IMG/VR virus record: IMGVR_UViG_3300020424_000002
Coordinates: 32,001-96,000 of that record
Direction: 5' to 3' (one strand)
Source of the DNA: a virus
Length of the DNA: 64,000 nt
Shown here: piece after piece, positions 37,173-47,580 of the stretch
Position numbering within the stretch: position 1 is the first letter of the stretch
How the letters are laid out: each line of letters starts with the position of its first letter
Notes under the pieces: model-generated
Told to the model about the DNA's origin: nothing
What the model saw: only the letters and a program-made list of their open reading frames with translations
The model's database searches: none
Program-made: the position numbers and the translations under genes

Positions 37173-38290
37173 AATTTAAATCCCTCAAATGTATTTTCTT
37201 TTATGTCTTGTTTAATACCACCGATAACATAAGATTCAATCTCTGTCTCCTGTGGTGCATTCTGTTGTCCTCTAGATGATAACCAGTGTTGTGTCCATGG
37301 TAATGGATTAGTTCTACTTGAGATATCATATATAGGGTTCAAACCAATTGCACGAAGTCGTCTATTTGCAATATACTCTACATATTGACTTAACAATGCA
37401 GTTGATAATCCTAACATACTACCATATTTAAATAGGTATTCTGCCCAATCTTTTTCTTCTGTAACTGCATCTTCATACATTTTGTAAACATCTGGTTCAC
37501 AATCTTTCATAACTTTTAACATTACTTTATCTTTTTCTTCTTTTTGATAACATTTTAAAATGTGTTGTGATATTGCAAGATGTTGTGCTTCGTCTCTTGC
37601 AATCAGACTAATAATCTTTGCAGAACCTTCCATCTTTTTCATTTCTCCAAATGCAAAAGTACATGCAAATGATACAAAGAAACGAATACCTTCAAGTATG
37701 TTAATACTAATTAGTGCAAGATATAATCTTTTCTTAAGTTCATATTCATCTTTTTCGTATCCTAAACTATATCTCTGTGCATAGTCTATGAACTCATCAT
37801 ATCTTTTTGTGACTGATTCTGCTCTTGCAATAATCTTTTCGTCATCTAGAATCGTATCAAATACCTTTGATGGGTCTGAATACAAATTCTTTATCATGTA
37901 AGTGTAGGAACGACTATGGATAGTTTCCATAAAGTCCCATGCAATGATACATCCTTCTAACTCTGGAAGAGTACAGAAAGGTAACAATGCAGTAGCAGGG
38001 CCTCTACCTTGAACTGAATCTAAAAGTGTTTGATACTTTAGATTACTAGTAAAGATATGTTTATGTGCTTTACTTAGTTCATTGTAGTCGTTCCTATCTT
38101 TTTGAAGAGAAACTTCTTCTGGTCTCCAGAAATACCCAAGTTGTCTTTGTGTTAATTTGTCGAAAATCGGATATTTAAAATCGTCATATCGTTGGGTATT
38201 AAGTTCCTCTCCAAAGAAAATTGGATTCTTTAAAAAATTTACTTTGTTTCTATTAAATACTTTACTCATATTTTTCGTATCCTTTACCAC
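37169..38290 (-). CDS. nrdB: Ribonucleotide reductase class Ia beta subunit (start probably MSKVF)
   Basis: FWRPEEVSL, LDSVQGR, ETIHSRSY, EGIRFFVSFAC, RDEAQH, APQETEI. Confidence 0.97.
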   Translation of the reverse strand: MVKDTKNMSKVFNRNKVNFLKNPIFFGEELNTQRYDDFKYPIFDKLTQRQLGYFWRPEEVSLQKDRNDYNELSKAHKHIFTSNLKYQTLLDSVQGRGPATALLPFCTLPELEGCIIAWDFMETIHSRSYTYMIKNLYSDPSKVFDTILDDEKIIARAESVTKRYDEFIDYAQRYSLGYEKDEYELKKRLYLALISINILEGIRFFVSFACTFAFGEMKKMEGSAKIISLIARDEAQHLAISQHILKCYQKEEKDKVMLKVMKDCEPDVYKMYEDAVTEEKDWAEYLFKYGSMLGLSTALLSQYVEYIANRRLRAIGLNPIYDISSRTNPLPWTQHWLSSRGQQNAPQETEIESYVIGGIKQDIKENTFEGFKL

Positions 38291-39272
38291 ATGGTTTACC
38301 TGTGATAGGGTCTGTTAATGCAGAATTTCCATATGTCCAATATGTTTCTGCACTTTGTATTGCATCATTTGCCTTATTCCATTCTCTACTTGCCTTACTA
38401 CCTACTCCATGATATATTGATGGTCTACCATCATATTTTAATATAGGAAAGTCTCTATGCATTGGCCCATCTTTATGCAAATAATGTATAAAAATTTGTC
38501 TTGCACTATCTCCAGCAAGTCTTTCTCTCCAATGTATTACATTACTTCCTTGATAAAATAATGCATCGCCTGGTTCTAGATTTACTGGTATACAGTTTTC
38601 TCTCTCATCAAAAGGACTTCCCATTGTTAAATCCCATGATGTGGTATTATCCATTCCACAATAATTCATATCATTACGAACCCATATTGTCCATGGTTTA
38701 TTATCATCGGTATCATATGATATAGGAAAAGTTGCACTAAATTCACATGATGGTCTATCAGTATGACTTAGTAACCTTGAATGTCTGTCATAAGTTCTTC
38801 CATATGAATATGTTGGAACTAATCGAACACCAAATAAGTCTTCAATTTTCTTTTGATACATTAAAAGAATTGTTTCTCCATAATTTGGAAAAGGCATTCC
38901 TTTACTAACCCATGTATCTAATCCTTTACCTTTATCATCAAAGTTTTCTGAAATAATATGTTCTTCACGATAATATTGTTTTCGTTGTTCTTGGAACTTA
39001 AACATATGTTCAGTCCAATTAATGTGAGACTGACTAAAGAAGTCTCTTGCAACAAAAAATCTATTCTTTGCAAACGAATAACCTTCCTTGGTTATTTCTG
39101 GTGCATCCTCTGGATGGTCTGTCTCTGGGTTGAAGATTTTATTTCTTCCTTCAACTGATAGATTATAGTTTCTTAAAATTCTTTCTTGAATTTGTTTTAC
39201 ACTTTCAAGATGTTGTTCTTTTCTTTGTTGTTTTTCTTCTTTACTTACTCTTGCAAATTCTAAATGGCGCAT
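38262..39272 (-). CDS. 2OG-Fe(II) oxygenase
   Basis: PTYSY.R.Y, HTDRPSCE.S.T, PGDA..Y.G....HWRE, Q.F.HY. Confidence 0.85.
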   Translation of the reverse strand: MRHLEFARVSKEEKQQRKEQHLESVKQIQERILRNYNLSVEGRNKIFNPETDHPEDAPEITKEGYSFAKNRFFVARDFFSQSHINWTEHMFKFQEQRKQYYREEHIISENFDDKGKGLDTWVSKGMPFPNYGETILLMYQKKIEDLFGVRLVPTYSYGRTYDRHSRLLSHTDRPSCEFSATFPISYDTDDNKPWTIWVRNDMNYCGMDNTTSWDLTMGSPFDERENCIPVNLEPGDALFYQGSNVIHWRERLAGDSARQIFIHYLHKDGPMHRDFPILKYDGRPSIYHGVGSKASREWNKANDAIQSAETYWTYGNSALTDPITGKPCGKGYEKYE

Positions 39273-41560
39273 GCGTCACATTCCTCATCATCTAATTCTT
39301 CCTGTACTGGAAGTGGTTCGTCTTTTACTTCGACAACCTCATCTGTCTTCATATCATATGTATTTTGGTAATAAGAAGTCTTCCATCCATATTTATAAGT
39401 TTTAAGAAGGTCTGTTGCCATCTCAGAGATAGGAACTTCGTTATTTTCATAGTTTTCTGGGTTATAAGACCAGTTACCACTAATACCTTGGTCAAAGAAT
39501 TTCTGCATAACAGAAACTACTTTGATATATCCATCATTGTCTTGCATATCCCATAATAATGTATAGAAGTTCTGCAACATTTGATATGATGGAACAACCT
39601 GTTTTAGAGGCCCTTTCTTAGACTTTTTAATAGTAATATAGTCTCTAGGTGGTTCTATACCATTTGTCTCGTTAGAAACGACGCTAGAGGACTCTGAGGG
39701 CATCTGTGCAGACAATGTACTATGTCTTAGTCCAAAACTCTCTATTGACTTTCTTAATTTATCCCAGTTTTCTTTATACACTGGTTTTGCAATTTCGTCA
39801 ACATCTTTTTTATATGTATCAATAGGTAGTTTACCTTCTGCATATTTTGTTCTATCAAACCACTCACATTTACCTTTTTCTTTTGCAAGTTTGTTTGATG
39901 CTTTCAATAAGTTATATTGGAAACTTTCTGTAAGTTCATGCACTAATTTATGTGCTTTTGCATCACCATATTTAACTTTGTTCTTTGCAAGAAAATGTGC
40001 AAGTCCAATGTATCCAATCCCTAAACTTCTTCTTGCCTTTGTTGATATTTCTGCAGCTTTTACTGGATATCTTTGATAATCAATTAGTTCATCTAATCCA
40101 CGAACTGATAATTGACATAATTCTGGTAGTTCTTCTAGTTTAATTGCACCTACATTGATTGCAGATAGTATACAAAGTGCAATCTCACCTTCTTCATCAT
40201 CTGGATGACTTATAGGTGTTGTTGGTAAAGTAATTTCTTGACATAAGTTGCTCATGTTCACTTTGTCAAGAAAACTACTATGACTATTACTATGGTCTAT
40301 ATTCATAATATAGATTCTTCCTGTTTCTGCTCTTTCTTTGAGCATATCCATAAACAGTATTCTTGCACTTACTTTCTTTTTAGGGATAGAATAAGCTCTC
40401 TCGTACTTTTCGTATAGTTCATCAAACTTATCTGTGCCAAATGCATCGTACAAATCAGGCACATCGTGAGGAGAAAACAAAGTGATATCCTCGTCTTTAA
40501 TAAATCTTTCATAAAATAATTTAGATAACTGAATCGAATAGTCTAACTTTCTGACTCTATTGTCTTCTGTTCCTTTGTTATTTTTGAGGACAATAATGTC
40601 TTCAATCTCTTGATGCCAGATTGGGAAATGGACAGTAGCTGACCCACCCCTAACACCATTTTGTGTACAACATCTGACTGTTGATTCAAATTTCTTGAGG
40701 AAAGGTATAACTCCTGTGTGCTGTACTTCTCCACCACGAATTTTAGAGTTGATTCCACGAATCCTACCAGCATTAATACCAATTCCAGCCCTCTGTGCAA
40801 CATACCTACCGATAGCCATATCACTAGAAAAAATACTTGGCAAAGTGTCATCACTGTCCACCAAAACACAACTAGCAAACTGTCGAAGAGGAGTTCTAAC
40901 CCCCGCCATAACTGGGGTTGGTATGTTGATTTTAAATTGACTAATCGCGTCATAATATCTTTTAACATAATTTAACCTCGTTTCTTTAGGGTAGTCCTTA
41001 AATAGAACTGCACTAATCAAAATGTACATAAACTGTGGAGACTCATACAGTTTACCAGTTGACCTGTCCTGTACAAGATATTTATCCACTACCTGTCGAA
41101 GACCTGCGTATGCAAACATCAAGTCTCGATTATGATTCAGATATGAGTTTAATTTACTCCATTCATCATCGTCATAATAACCTATCAATTCTTTGTCATA
41201 AACACCTAGTTCTATATTTCTTTCTACTATCTCTTTTAATGGTGGATATATTTTACTATCTTTCCATTTGGTATTAAAGACATCTTTACGAATTGCAAAC
41301 AATAATAATCTTGCAGCTACATATTGATAATTTGGTGTATCCAATGATATCAAATCAGATGCAGATTTTATTAATGTGTCTTGAATCTCTTGAGTTGTGA
41401 CTCCATCATAAAAAGATAAGTTTGCACTCATTTCAACCTGTGATGCAGAAACCCCATTGATACCATCACATGCAGCTTCTACCATTTTATGAATTTTATC
41501 TAAATTTAAATTTTCTTTTGACCCATCCCTCTTTACTATACTAAGTCCATTACCATTCAC
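39260..41560 (-). CDS. nrdA: Ribonucleotide reductase class Ia alpha subunit
   Basis: ATP cone (KRDG), FASCVL, CCTQNGVRGG, SNLCQEI, MPSESSS, C-terminal CDAC. Confidence 0.98.
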   Translation of the reverse strand: MNGNGLSIVKRDGSKENLNLDKIHKMVEAACDGINGVSASQVEMSANLSFYDGVTTQEIQDTLIKSASDLISLDTPNYQYVAARLLLFAIRKDVFNTKWKDSKIYPPLKEIVERNIELGVYDKELIGYYDDDEWSKLNSYLNHNRDLMFAYAGLRQVVDKYLVQDRSTGKLYESPQFMYILISAVLFKDYPKETRLNYVKRYYDAISQFKINIPTPVMAGVRTPLRQFASCVLVDSDDTLPSIFSSDMAIGRYVAQRAGIGINAGRIRGINSKIRGGEVQHTGVIPFLKKFESTVRCCTQNGVRGGSATVHFPIWHQEIEDIIVLKNNKGTEDNRVRKLDYSIQLSKLFYERFIKDEDITLFSPHDVPDLYDAFGTDKFDELYEKYERAYSIPKKKVSARILFMDMLKERAETGRIYIMNIDHSNSHSSFLDKVNMSNLCQEITLPTTPISHPDDEEGEIALCILSAINVGAIKLEELPELCQLSVRGLDELIDYQRYPVKAAEISTKARRSLGIGYIGLAHFLAKNKVKYGDAKAHKLVHELTESFQYNLLKASNKLAKEKGKCEWFDRTKYAEGKLPIDTYKKDVDEIAKPVYKENWDKLRKSIESFGLRHSTLSAQMPSESSSVVSNETNGIEPPRDYITIKKSKKGPLKQVVPSYQMLQNFYTLLWDMQDNDGYIKVVSVMQKFFDQGISGNWSYNPENYENNEVPISEMATDLLKTYKYGWKTSYYQNTYDMKTDEVVEVKDEPLPVQEELDDEECDACAI

Positions 41561-42552
41561 TATACTTTACTCCAGTTATTAATCACAAGATTTAATGATA
41601 AACCTTGTTGTGTATTCTCTTTTATCACATCAATGATGTCTGGTATCCGATTGAGTACCATATCATTAATATCTTTTTCTTTTATTGTCTCAGGCCATAC
41701 ACAAACTTTGTATCCAAGCTCTGACATTTTTCTCATCTTCTTGATGATTTCCTTATTCCTTGGTTCATTATCAAAGACAAGAGTTGAATTACTCTTGGAT
41801 ATTTCGTTTGTTACCTTGGAGAAGTCTGAACCTGCGACTGCAATGCAGTTGTCCAGAAATAAAGAGTCAATTGGCCCTTCAACAACATAAAGAGGTTGGT
41901 TGAAATCAACTTTGTCGAGATTGAAAATAAGTGGTTTTTCTTCATCGAATCGTAGTGTTAAATATCTCAGTTGTGAATCATTTAATGCTCTACCTGTGAC
42001 TCCTATGAGATTTTTTTGTCTATCATAGAAGGGTAAAACAAGTCTTGGGTCATTTCCTAAAACTCTCTTATTATACTTATAATTTATTGAACTTAGACTT
42101 TGTGCAGACTCAACAAAGTAAAAATCATCCCACCACTTCTTTGGTATTTCTCTTCTAGTTAGATAGTCAACACATAACTGACTTTCAGTTGCCCTAGGAT
42201 ATTTACCAAGTGGGTTCTCTTTAAACTTTGGTGGTTCAAAAGTAAAGTTCTGTTGTGCAACTGGTCTGGTATCATTCTTCTTACCGAATCTTTCCATGAC
42301 CCATTGTTTATACAACATTTCATCGTGGTCTTTGAGAAAAATACCTATATTGGTTGAATGACCACAATTGTGACATTTATAGACATAGGTATCCTTATGT
42401 TGAAAGTGATATCCTCTTGCTTTTAACTGGTTCTTGGAACTGTCTCCACAATATGGACATGAATGGTTAAGAACTTTATCGTCCTTCCATTTCACATTAC
42501 GAAATTTAGGGGATACCAATTTAAGGTATTTTTTATCAATCCACAAAGACAT
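41560..42552 (-). CDS. gp61: DNA primase gp61
   Basis: CPYCGDS..KARG, CHNC, VVEGPIDSLF, FDNEPRN, KDINDM. Confidence 0.95.
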   Translation of the reverse strand: MSLWIDKKYLKLVSPKFRNVKWKDDKVLNHSCPYCGDSSKNQLKARGYHFQHKDTYVYKCHNCGHSTNIGIFLKDHDEMLYKQWVMERFGKKNDTRPVAQQNFTFEPPKFKENPLGKYPRATESQLCVDYLTRREIPKKWWDDFYFVESAQSLSSINYKYNKRVLGNDPRLVLPFYDRQKNLIGVTGRALNDSQLRYLTLRFDEEKPLIFNLDKVDFNQPLYVVEGPIDSLFLDNCIAVAGSDFSKVTNEISKSNSTLVFDNEPRNKEIIKKMRKMSELGYKVCVWPETIKEKDINDMVLNRIPDIIDVIKENTQQGLSLNLVINNWSKV

Positions 42553-42627
42553 ATACCTATAATACTATATAATTGGTATTTGTCAAGGTAATAATCCCTC
42601 TCTCTTGGGATTACTTAGACATTGGTT

Positions 42628-43158
42628 TTAATTTTTCTTGATAACTGCAGCTTGACCCTGTGAGGTAGAACCATCTGGGTTCTTGATGGTGACATTTCTG
42701 TAGTAAACTACCACTTCTTGTACTTCACGAATGTATCTTCGTAGTTCTTGCATGTTGTATGCAAGGAGTTCATAATCACTGACCGAGAATGCAACAAAGA
42801 CGATATCACCATTGTTCATCTTCTTCATATCATCCATAAATCTATCGAGATATGTGTAATCTTCTGGCCAATCTGGATTTTCTTTACCCAAATCACATAC
42901 CCATTTACCATCTACTTTGGTTCTAGGTCTTTTACCTTCTTCATTTTTGATACATGGATTTGCAATCTTGGCTTCAGATACCACATAAAACCTAGGTTCT
43001 TTCAAATCAATGTTCCTAGGCATTGTTGGTTGTAATATATCTATTTCTAATGGTTTGGATACGATATCTACTTTCTTAGTCCCAAAACTAGCACAACTAG
43101 TTGTTAGGATTAATATCAGCGGAAGGGTCGTCCAAAGAATCCAGTTCTTTACTGTCAT
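42628..43158 (-). CDS. Outer-membrane lipoprotein, o-spanin-like
   Basis: Signal peptide with lipobox-like TTSC; DYE.L..NM.EL.RYI......V.YY; overlaps i-spanin 3' end. Confidence 0.7.
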   Translation of the reverse strand: MTVKNWILWTTLPLILILTTSCASFGTKKVDIVSKPLEIDILQPTMPRNIDLKEPRFYVVSEAKIANPCIKNEEGKRPRTKVDGKWVCDLGKENPDWPEDYTYLDRFMDDMKKMNNGDIVFVAFSVSDYELLAYNMQELRRYIREVQEVVVYYRNVTIKNPDGSTSQGQAAVIKKN

Positions 43159-43492
43159 TTTCTATACTCTCAAAAACTTGTGCAGTACCATCGTTGATTC
43201 TTTTTTCAATCATTCCTGGCTTTGCAATTGCAAGTTGGTTTAAATTATGTCTTCTAAAAATGTCTAGATATTGATTCATTTCTTCTTCAATCTGAGCATT
43301 TTTTTGCATCATTTGTTGTAAGGATTTACCTTGTAATTCAAATGATTCTTTCATTGCAGTCATGGCTGCTTGTTGTTCCTCAACTGCACCTTCAAGTGCA
43401 AGGTTGTTTGCAGTTAATGTTTGGTTTTGATTATAAAGATAAAAGGTTGCAAGACCTAATATCAATATAATACCCATGAACATTTGATTCAT
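43097..43492 (-). CDS. Inner-membrane spanin (i-spanin)-like
   Basis: N-terminal TM plus coiled coil; A.AKPG.IE.RIN.GT. Confidence 0.7.
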   Translation of the reverse strand: MNQMFMGIILILGLATFYLYNQNQTLTANNLALEGAVEEQQAAMTAMKESFELQGKSLQQMMQKNAQIEEEMNQYLDIFRRHNLNQLAIAKPGMIEKRINDGTAQVFESIENDSKELDSLDDPSADINPNN

Positions 43493-43710
43493 TATGAATA
43501 TTCCTCAATGTATTTTTTTACATCACCTACAGTAATTAGATTATCTGTATCCTCATCTGGTATTTCCATATCAAATTCTTTTTCAAATAACATTACAAGT
43601 TCTACTGTATGTAAAGAATCTGCACCTAAATCTTCCATGATTTTACTGTCATCATTTATTGTTGATGCATCTATATGTAAATGGTCTGCAATTAATTGTT
43701 CTACTGACAT
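43492..43710 (-). CDS. acpP: Acyl carrier protein
   Basis: EDLGADSLH.VELVM.FE.EF..EIPDED...TVGD; SD AGGAG. Confidence 0.93.
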   Translation of the reverse strand: MSVEQLIADHLHIDASTINDDSKIMEDLGADSLHTVELVMLFEKEFDMEIPDEDTDNLITVGDVKKYIEEYS

Positions 43711-43711
43711 T

Positions 43712-43963
43712 TTATAACTCCTTTATTATATAGTTCAGTCCAGCTGCACTTCTATATTCTACAACCTCATCATCTTCGGTTGTAAACTTTAAATGTTTTT
43801 CTTTCTGTACTGAAATCTTTTTCACTATATAACTTTTATCATCTGCATCACCCCATTCTTTGTTGAATGATACTGTCACTTCATATCTTGTTCTGAATAA
43901 GTCTATAAACCACCAAAATGCAAACTTAATCCATTCCCAAATTTTAATTATCCACTTTCGCAC
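43712..43963 (-). CDS. Hypothetical protein (GTG start proposed; track extends to 44062)
   Basis: GGAG upstream of GTG at 43963; Trp-rich amphipathic N-terminus. Confidence 0.55.
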   Translation of the reverse strand: MRKWIIKIWEWIKFAFWWFIDLFRTRYEVTVSFNKEWGDADDKSYIVKKISVQKEKHLKFTTEDDEVVEYRSAAGLNYIIKEL

Positions 43964-45038
43964 TTGCTCTCCACTGATAACATGACCAATATCTTGCTTT
44001 CCATTTAGGGCCAGGGTCTGAACAATTATGTCTTGCTCTAAATGACTTTCTTCGTTCTGCATTATCTCTGTTTATACCCATGTTAGGGTCTCCAAAACGA
44101 ACCACTACGACTTTTCCTTTCTCATTCTTTACATAGACCTTAAACTTCTTGTTAGGGTTCTCAGAAGTCCTTATAGGGTCGTTTAGTGTAACTTTCTTAC
44201 CTTGATACTCTGCTTCTGTAATTACATGGTCATAATATCCTAAACATTCTGCACAACATTCTTCTTGAGCTCTTTTGATTTGGTCTGCTGTAGGAGCTCC
44301 TTTTTCACCCTTTTTCCTCATCTTCTCACCAGAACCAGCTTTAATTCTTGCCTTTTTCTTTCTGATATTGTCCCAGAGACCTTCGTCTAATTCATCATCA
44401 CCTAATTTTAAAAACATTCTATTTTTAATTTGTTTTTTATCGGATGCAGTCATTCCTGCTTGTTTTGCAAGAGAGTTGATAAATGCAAGACCATCTTTTT
44501 CATTTGCTTTGTATCTCCTACCCATTTCTTTCTTAAGACCATTTGCAATTATGTCAAGAACATGAGATACATTTGTCACTATCCTACCATCTGTCATAAG
44601 TCTTGCCTCATTTACAGACTGTAGTGAACCTTTTAAAACAACTTTTTTCTTTTCTTTTTCTTTGTTTTTTACAAGAGGTGGATGTTCGTCTTCGTCACCA
44701 GCAACAATCATACCTATTTGATTTATTAAAGATGTAACTACTGGTGTGGGTAATTGTGATAATTGTTGCATCACATCTTTAGATAGACCTTTTACATTTT
44801 TTAGTTTCTTTTTCCAAGAAGAGATTGCAGTCATATCTTTTTTTCTTGATTCATTCATTGACTGACCAGGCGTATCATCCATATACCTTTTCAAAAGTTC
44901 TGGTGTTCCTACTTCTCTATAACCAGAGTCTTCTTTCTTTTTCTTTTTACGAACAATAGGTTTATCAGTAGAAACTGCAGCTCCAGTTGAGTTTACTGGT
45001 GCGTCTTCGAACATTTCTTTAAACCTTTTTATTTTCAT
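43944..45038 (-). CDS. Modular basic protein, putative internal head polyprotein
   Basis: MKIKRFKEMFE; modules start after SMNE, SVNE, ELDE, VITE; C-terminal AEYQG...RRKSFRARHNC...RYWSC domain. Confidence 0.6.
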   Translation of the reverse strand: MKIKRFKEMFEDAPVNSTGAAVSTDKPIVRKKKKKEDSGYREVGTPELLKRYMDDTPGQSMNESRKKDMTAISSWKKKLKNVKGLSKDVMQQLSQLPTPVVTSLINQIGMIVAGDEDEHPPLVKNKEKEKKKVVLKGSLQSVNEARLMTDGRIVTNVSHVLDIIANGLKKEMGRRYKANEKDGLAFINSLAKQAGMTASDKKQIKNRMFLKLGDDELDEGLWDNIRKKKARIKAGSGEKMRKKGEKGAPTADQIKRAQEECCAECLGYYDHVITEAEYQGKKVTLNDPIRTSENPNKKFKVYVKNEKGKVVVVRFGDPNMGINRDNAERRKSFRARHNCSDPGPKWKARYWSCYQWRASAKVDN

Positions 45039-46126
45039 GCTACCTCTTCTAATGGTTTACTTAATTCTTCCCATGATGTTTCGTAGTCTGATTCTGCATC
45101 AATCCATTGTGAAACACCTAACTGTTCATATTTAGGTAAAAGTCTATCTGGAAGTAGTCCAATCTTCTTAAGATTAGGCATGACTCTGTTAAATAATAGA
45201 TATTGAAATTGTGAACTTAATGTATTTTCTTTAGACCATTCGTCTGTATATTCTAAATCAAATCCCCATTTTTCCCAAACTTCATATTGTTTAAATCTAT
45301 TTCTCATAACAGTACATGCTTCCAAACAAAAATCTTCTCTTTCTATTCTTTCTTTTTCTGTTAGTGTTGTAACAAAACTTGTTAAATAATTTACACCAAA
45401 TGTTACATGTCTTGCTTCATCACGAATTACAAGTCCTAACAATCTTTTAAATACTGGGTCTTGAGTAGTATCTCTTATAGTATTAAAGATTGCAAGTGCA
45501 AGTCCTTCTATGATAATTTGCATTCCTATGAATTTAAAATCCCACCTTGGGTCTGTGAGTATCTTATCTAGTAATGCTTTTAAATTTTTTCCAATAGGCA
45601 TAATTCTACCTATTCTAGTTTGTAAATATTTGTTAAATGCTTCTACATGTCTTGCCTCATCAAAGGTCTGAGAAGCTGCATATAGTTTTGCATTGAATGT
45701 TGGAGCACAACTTGTAAGTTGAGATGCAACTAGTAATGCACCTTGTTCACCATGCATAAGTTGACTTATAGTCCAATCTTGACTATCCTTAATAAACTGA
45801 CATCTATCTTCATAGGATAACTTTGCATAATCTTTATGGTTTTTCCATTGGTCATCCATAAACTTAAAACCTTCATCACTAAATTCTGGATAAGGAATAC
45901 TCCAATCTACATCCTTTTCTACATTCCATTCTAACTCTTTACCAAGTTCATATAATTTTTTTATACGATTATCTTGTACTTTGTAATCCCAGTTATAACA
46001 ACCAGTTAAAGGTGTGTTAAATATTTCTATCACATCTTCTGGATTTATTTCTTGTTCTACTGGATAGTTTGCACCTTCAAATAGTTTGTCTTCTAAAGGT
46101 GGATTGTCTACTTTAGATATTTTCAT
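45035..46126 (-). CDS. Ferritin-like diiron enzyme (AurF/desaturase-like)
   Basis: HGEQGAL, DEARH, EGLAL, RDEARH. Confidence 0.85.
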   Translation of the reverse strand: MKISKVDNPPLEDKLFEGANYPVEQEINPEDVIEIFNTPLTGCYNWDYKVQDNRIKKLYELGKELEWNVEKDVDWSIPYPEFSDEGFKFMDDQWKNHKDYAKLSYEDRCQFIKDSQDWTISQLMHGEQGALLVASQLTSCAPTFNAKLYAASQTFDEARHVEAFNKYLQTRIGRIMPIGKNLKALLDKILTDPRWDFKFIGMQIIIEGLALAIFNTIRDTTQDPVFKRLLGLVIRDEARHVTFGVNYLTSFVTTLTEKERIEREDFCLEACTVMRNRFKQYEVWEKWGFDLEYTDEWSKENTLSSQFQYLLFNRVMPNLKKIGLLPDRLLPKYEQLGVSQWIDAESDYETSWEELSKPLEEVA

Positions 46127-46707
46127 TTTACATCGTGTCCTGTTATTAACATTGATTGGTCTTTACTGTAGTTATATACACGATATATATCTACACCCAT
46201 GACATTATCAGTTTTACCTAAGATTTGTACTCGGTCTCCTCTAGTACCAATACAATCTTCTTCGTTCCAAACTGATTGTCGTAATTCGTAGTCTTTTCCT
46301 TTTACCAAATTATTTTTATTATCATGTCCTTCTAAAAGGTCAAGTGTTAAATCATTTTCTTTTAAATATGTGTAGAACGATTCTTCTAGATATTTTCCAT
46401 CTATTTCAAAATGTTCTTTGAGAAGTGCTAACGATGCAGCGTAAGATGCAAGTCTTGTCCTACCAAATGGTAGAAGTTCTAAGACTCTTTTTAAATTAAA
46501 TACTAACCTGTGTAGTAATGTGAATGAATTTTTTTCTTCTGAGGTTTTAGGTTTTTTGGTTTTTATTCTTTTACCATTATCATCAATGAGACCGAACTTA
46601 TATGCATCCATCTCACTCCACTTTCTGGTCATCATTTTTAGAATACGAAATACAATGACTGTATCAACTACATTCATTGCACCTTCTTTTAACTGTACCT
46701 GTGTCAT
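46123..46707 (-). CDS. Conserved T4-like hypothetical protein
   Basis: AYK.G.ID..GK, T.LHRLVFNLKR, SYAA.L.L.KE. Confidence 0.7.
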   Translation of the reverse strand: MTQVQLKEGAMNVVDTVIVFRILKMMTRKWSEMDAYKFGLIDDNGKRIKTKKPKTSEEKNSFTLLHRLVFNLKRVLELLPFGRTRLASYAASLALLKEHFEIDGKYLEESFYTYLKENDLTLDLLEGHDNKNNLVKGKDYELRQSVWNEEDCIGTRGDRVQILGKTDNVMGVDIYRVYNYSKDQSMLITGHDVK

Positions 46708-47072
46708 AATTCTCTTAATACCCCTGCTACTTCCATATCTATTGGTATTTCAGTCTTCCAATCTTCTGTCACATAGTCCATATAGATTAAACAAGTTTTG
46801 AGTACAGGCCAGTACTCTTGGTCTATTTTGAATTCTAACATTTTTATTGTATTTTCGAATCCAAAAATATTGAAAATGACAATGAGATGATTAAGAATTA
46901 ATCTTTCTCTGAGTTCACCATTTTTATAATATCTTCGTAGTAATCTTTTTAAATACCTAAACCTACGAAGGTCTTCCATGAACTCTTCCATCGATGTGCA
47001 TTGAGGGTTATCATAACACTGCATTGCAAACATCGTGAAGTTCTCATCTGTTAAATTTTCAAATAATTTCAT
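46704..47072 (-). CDS. Conserved T4-like hypothetical protein
   Basis: L...NF..FA...YDNPQC....EF.EDL.RF.Y.KRL, ERLILNH. Confidence 0.75.
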   Translation of the reverse strand: MKLFENLTDENFTMFAMQCYDNPQCTSMEEFMEDLRRFRYLKRLLRRYYKNGELRERLILNHLIVIFNIFGFENTIKMLEFKIDQEYWPVLKTCLIYMDYVTEDWKTEIPIDMEVAGVLREL

Positions 47073-47121
47073 AATTTATATCCTAGTATTATACTAGTAT
47101 ATAGGTGAATTATAAGAAAGT

Positions 47122-47568
47122 TTACTTAATGTTTGCAACTACTTTAAACATCTTGTTAGGAAGTCTTTCGTATTCAACATGCATTTTAAGTTCTGGGCCT
47201 TTTGATGAAATGAAGTCGTCATCTAAGTCGTTACCTTCTTCATCTTTACCCATTCTACCACCATATTGAGTGATAGGTAAGTCCATTGAACCAGAATCAG
47301 ATACATCTTCATCTATGATTGTGTCAAATTCTATTCCAACTTGTTCTACTTTTCTGTATAATTGTTCTAAAGCAGCTTGAACTGTAATGTGTTCTCTATC
47401 TGCAATGTCACCTATCCAAGTATTTAATCTAGACAAAACTTTTGAATCAGATGCAAATAGGTGTAAATCCTCTGTAGGTACTCGACCTGTAACATCTTTG
47501 TTTAGTCTGTATCCACCATTTGCACCTGTATCATATGCTTCACTAATGTATTTCTTGAATGATTTCAT
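47122..47568 (-). CDS. Putative internal head protein
   Basis: N-terminus MKSFKKYISE resembles the T4 capsid targeting sequence. Confidence 0.6.
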   Translation of the reverse strand: MKSFKKYISEAYDTGANGGYRLNKDVTGRVPTEDLHLFASDSKVLSRLNTWIGDIADREHITVQAALEQLYRKVEQVGIEFDTIIDEDVSDSGSMDLPITQYGGRMGKDEEGNDLDDDFISSKGPELKMHVEYERLPNKMFKVVANIK

Positions 47569-47580
47569 AATAATTTCCTA

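Noticed and set aside
37169-41560. Intron, intein or homing endonuclease in nrdA/nrdB
   Set aside because: Both genes are uninterrupted and of normal length; the intervening gene is a 2OG-Fe(II) oxygenase
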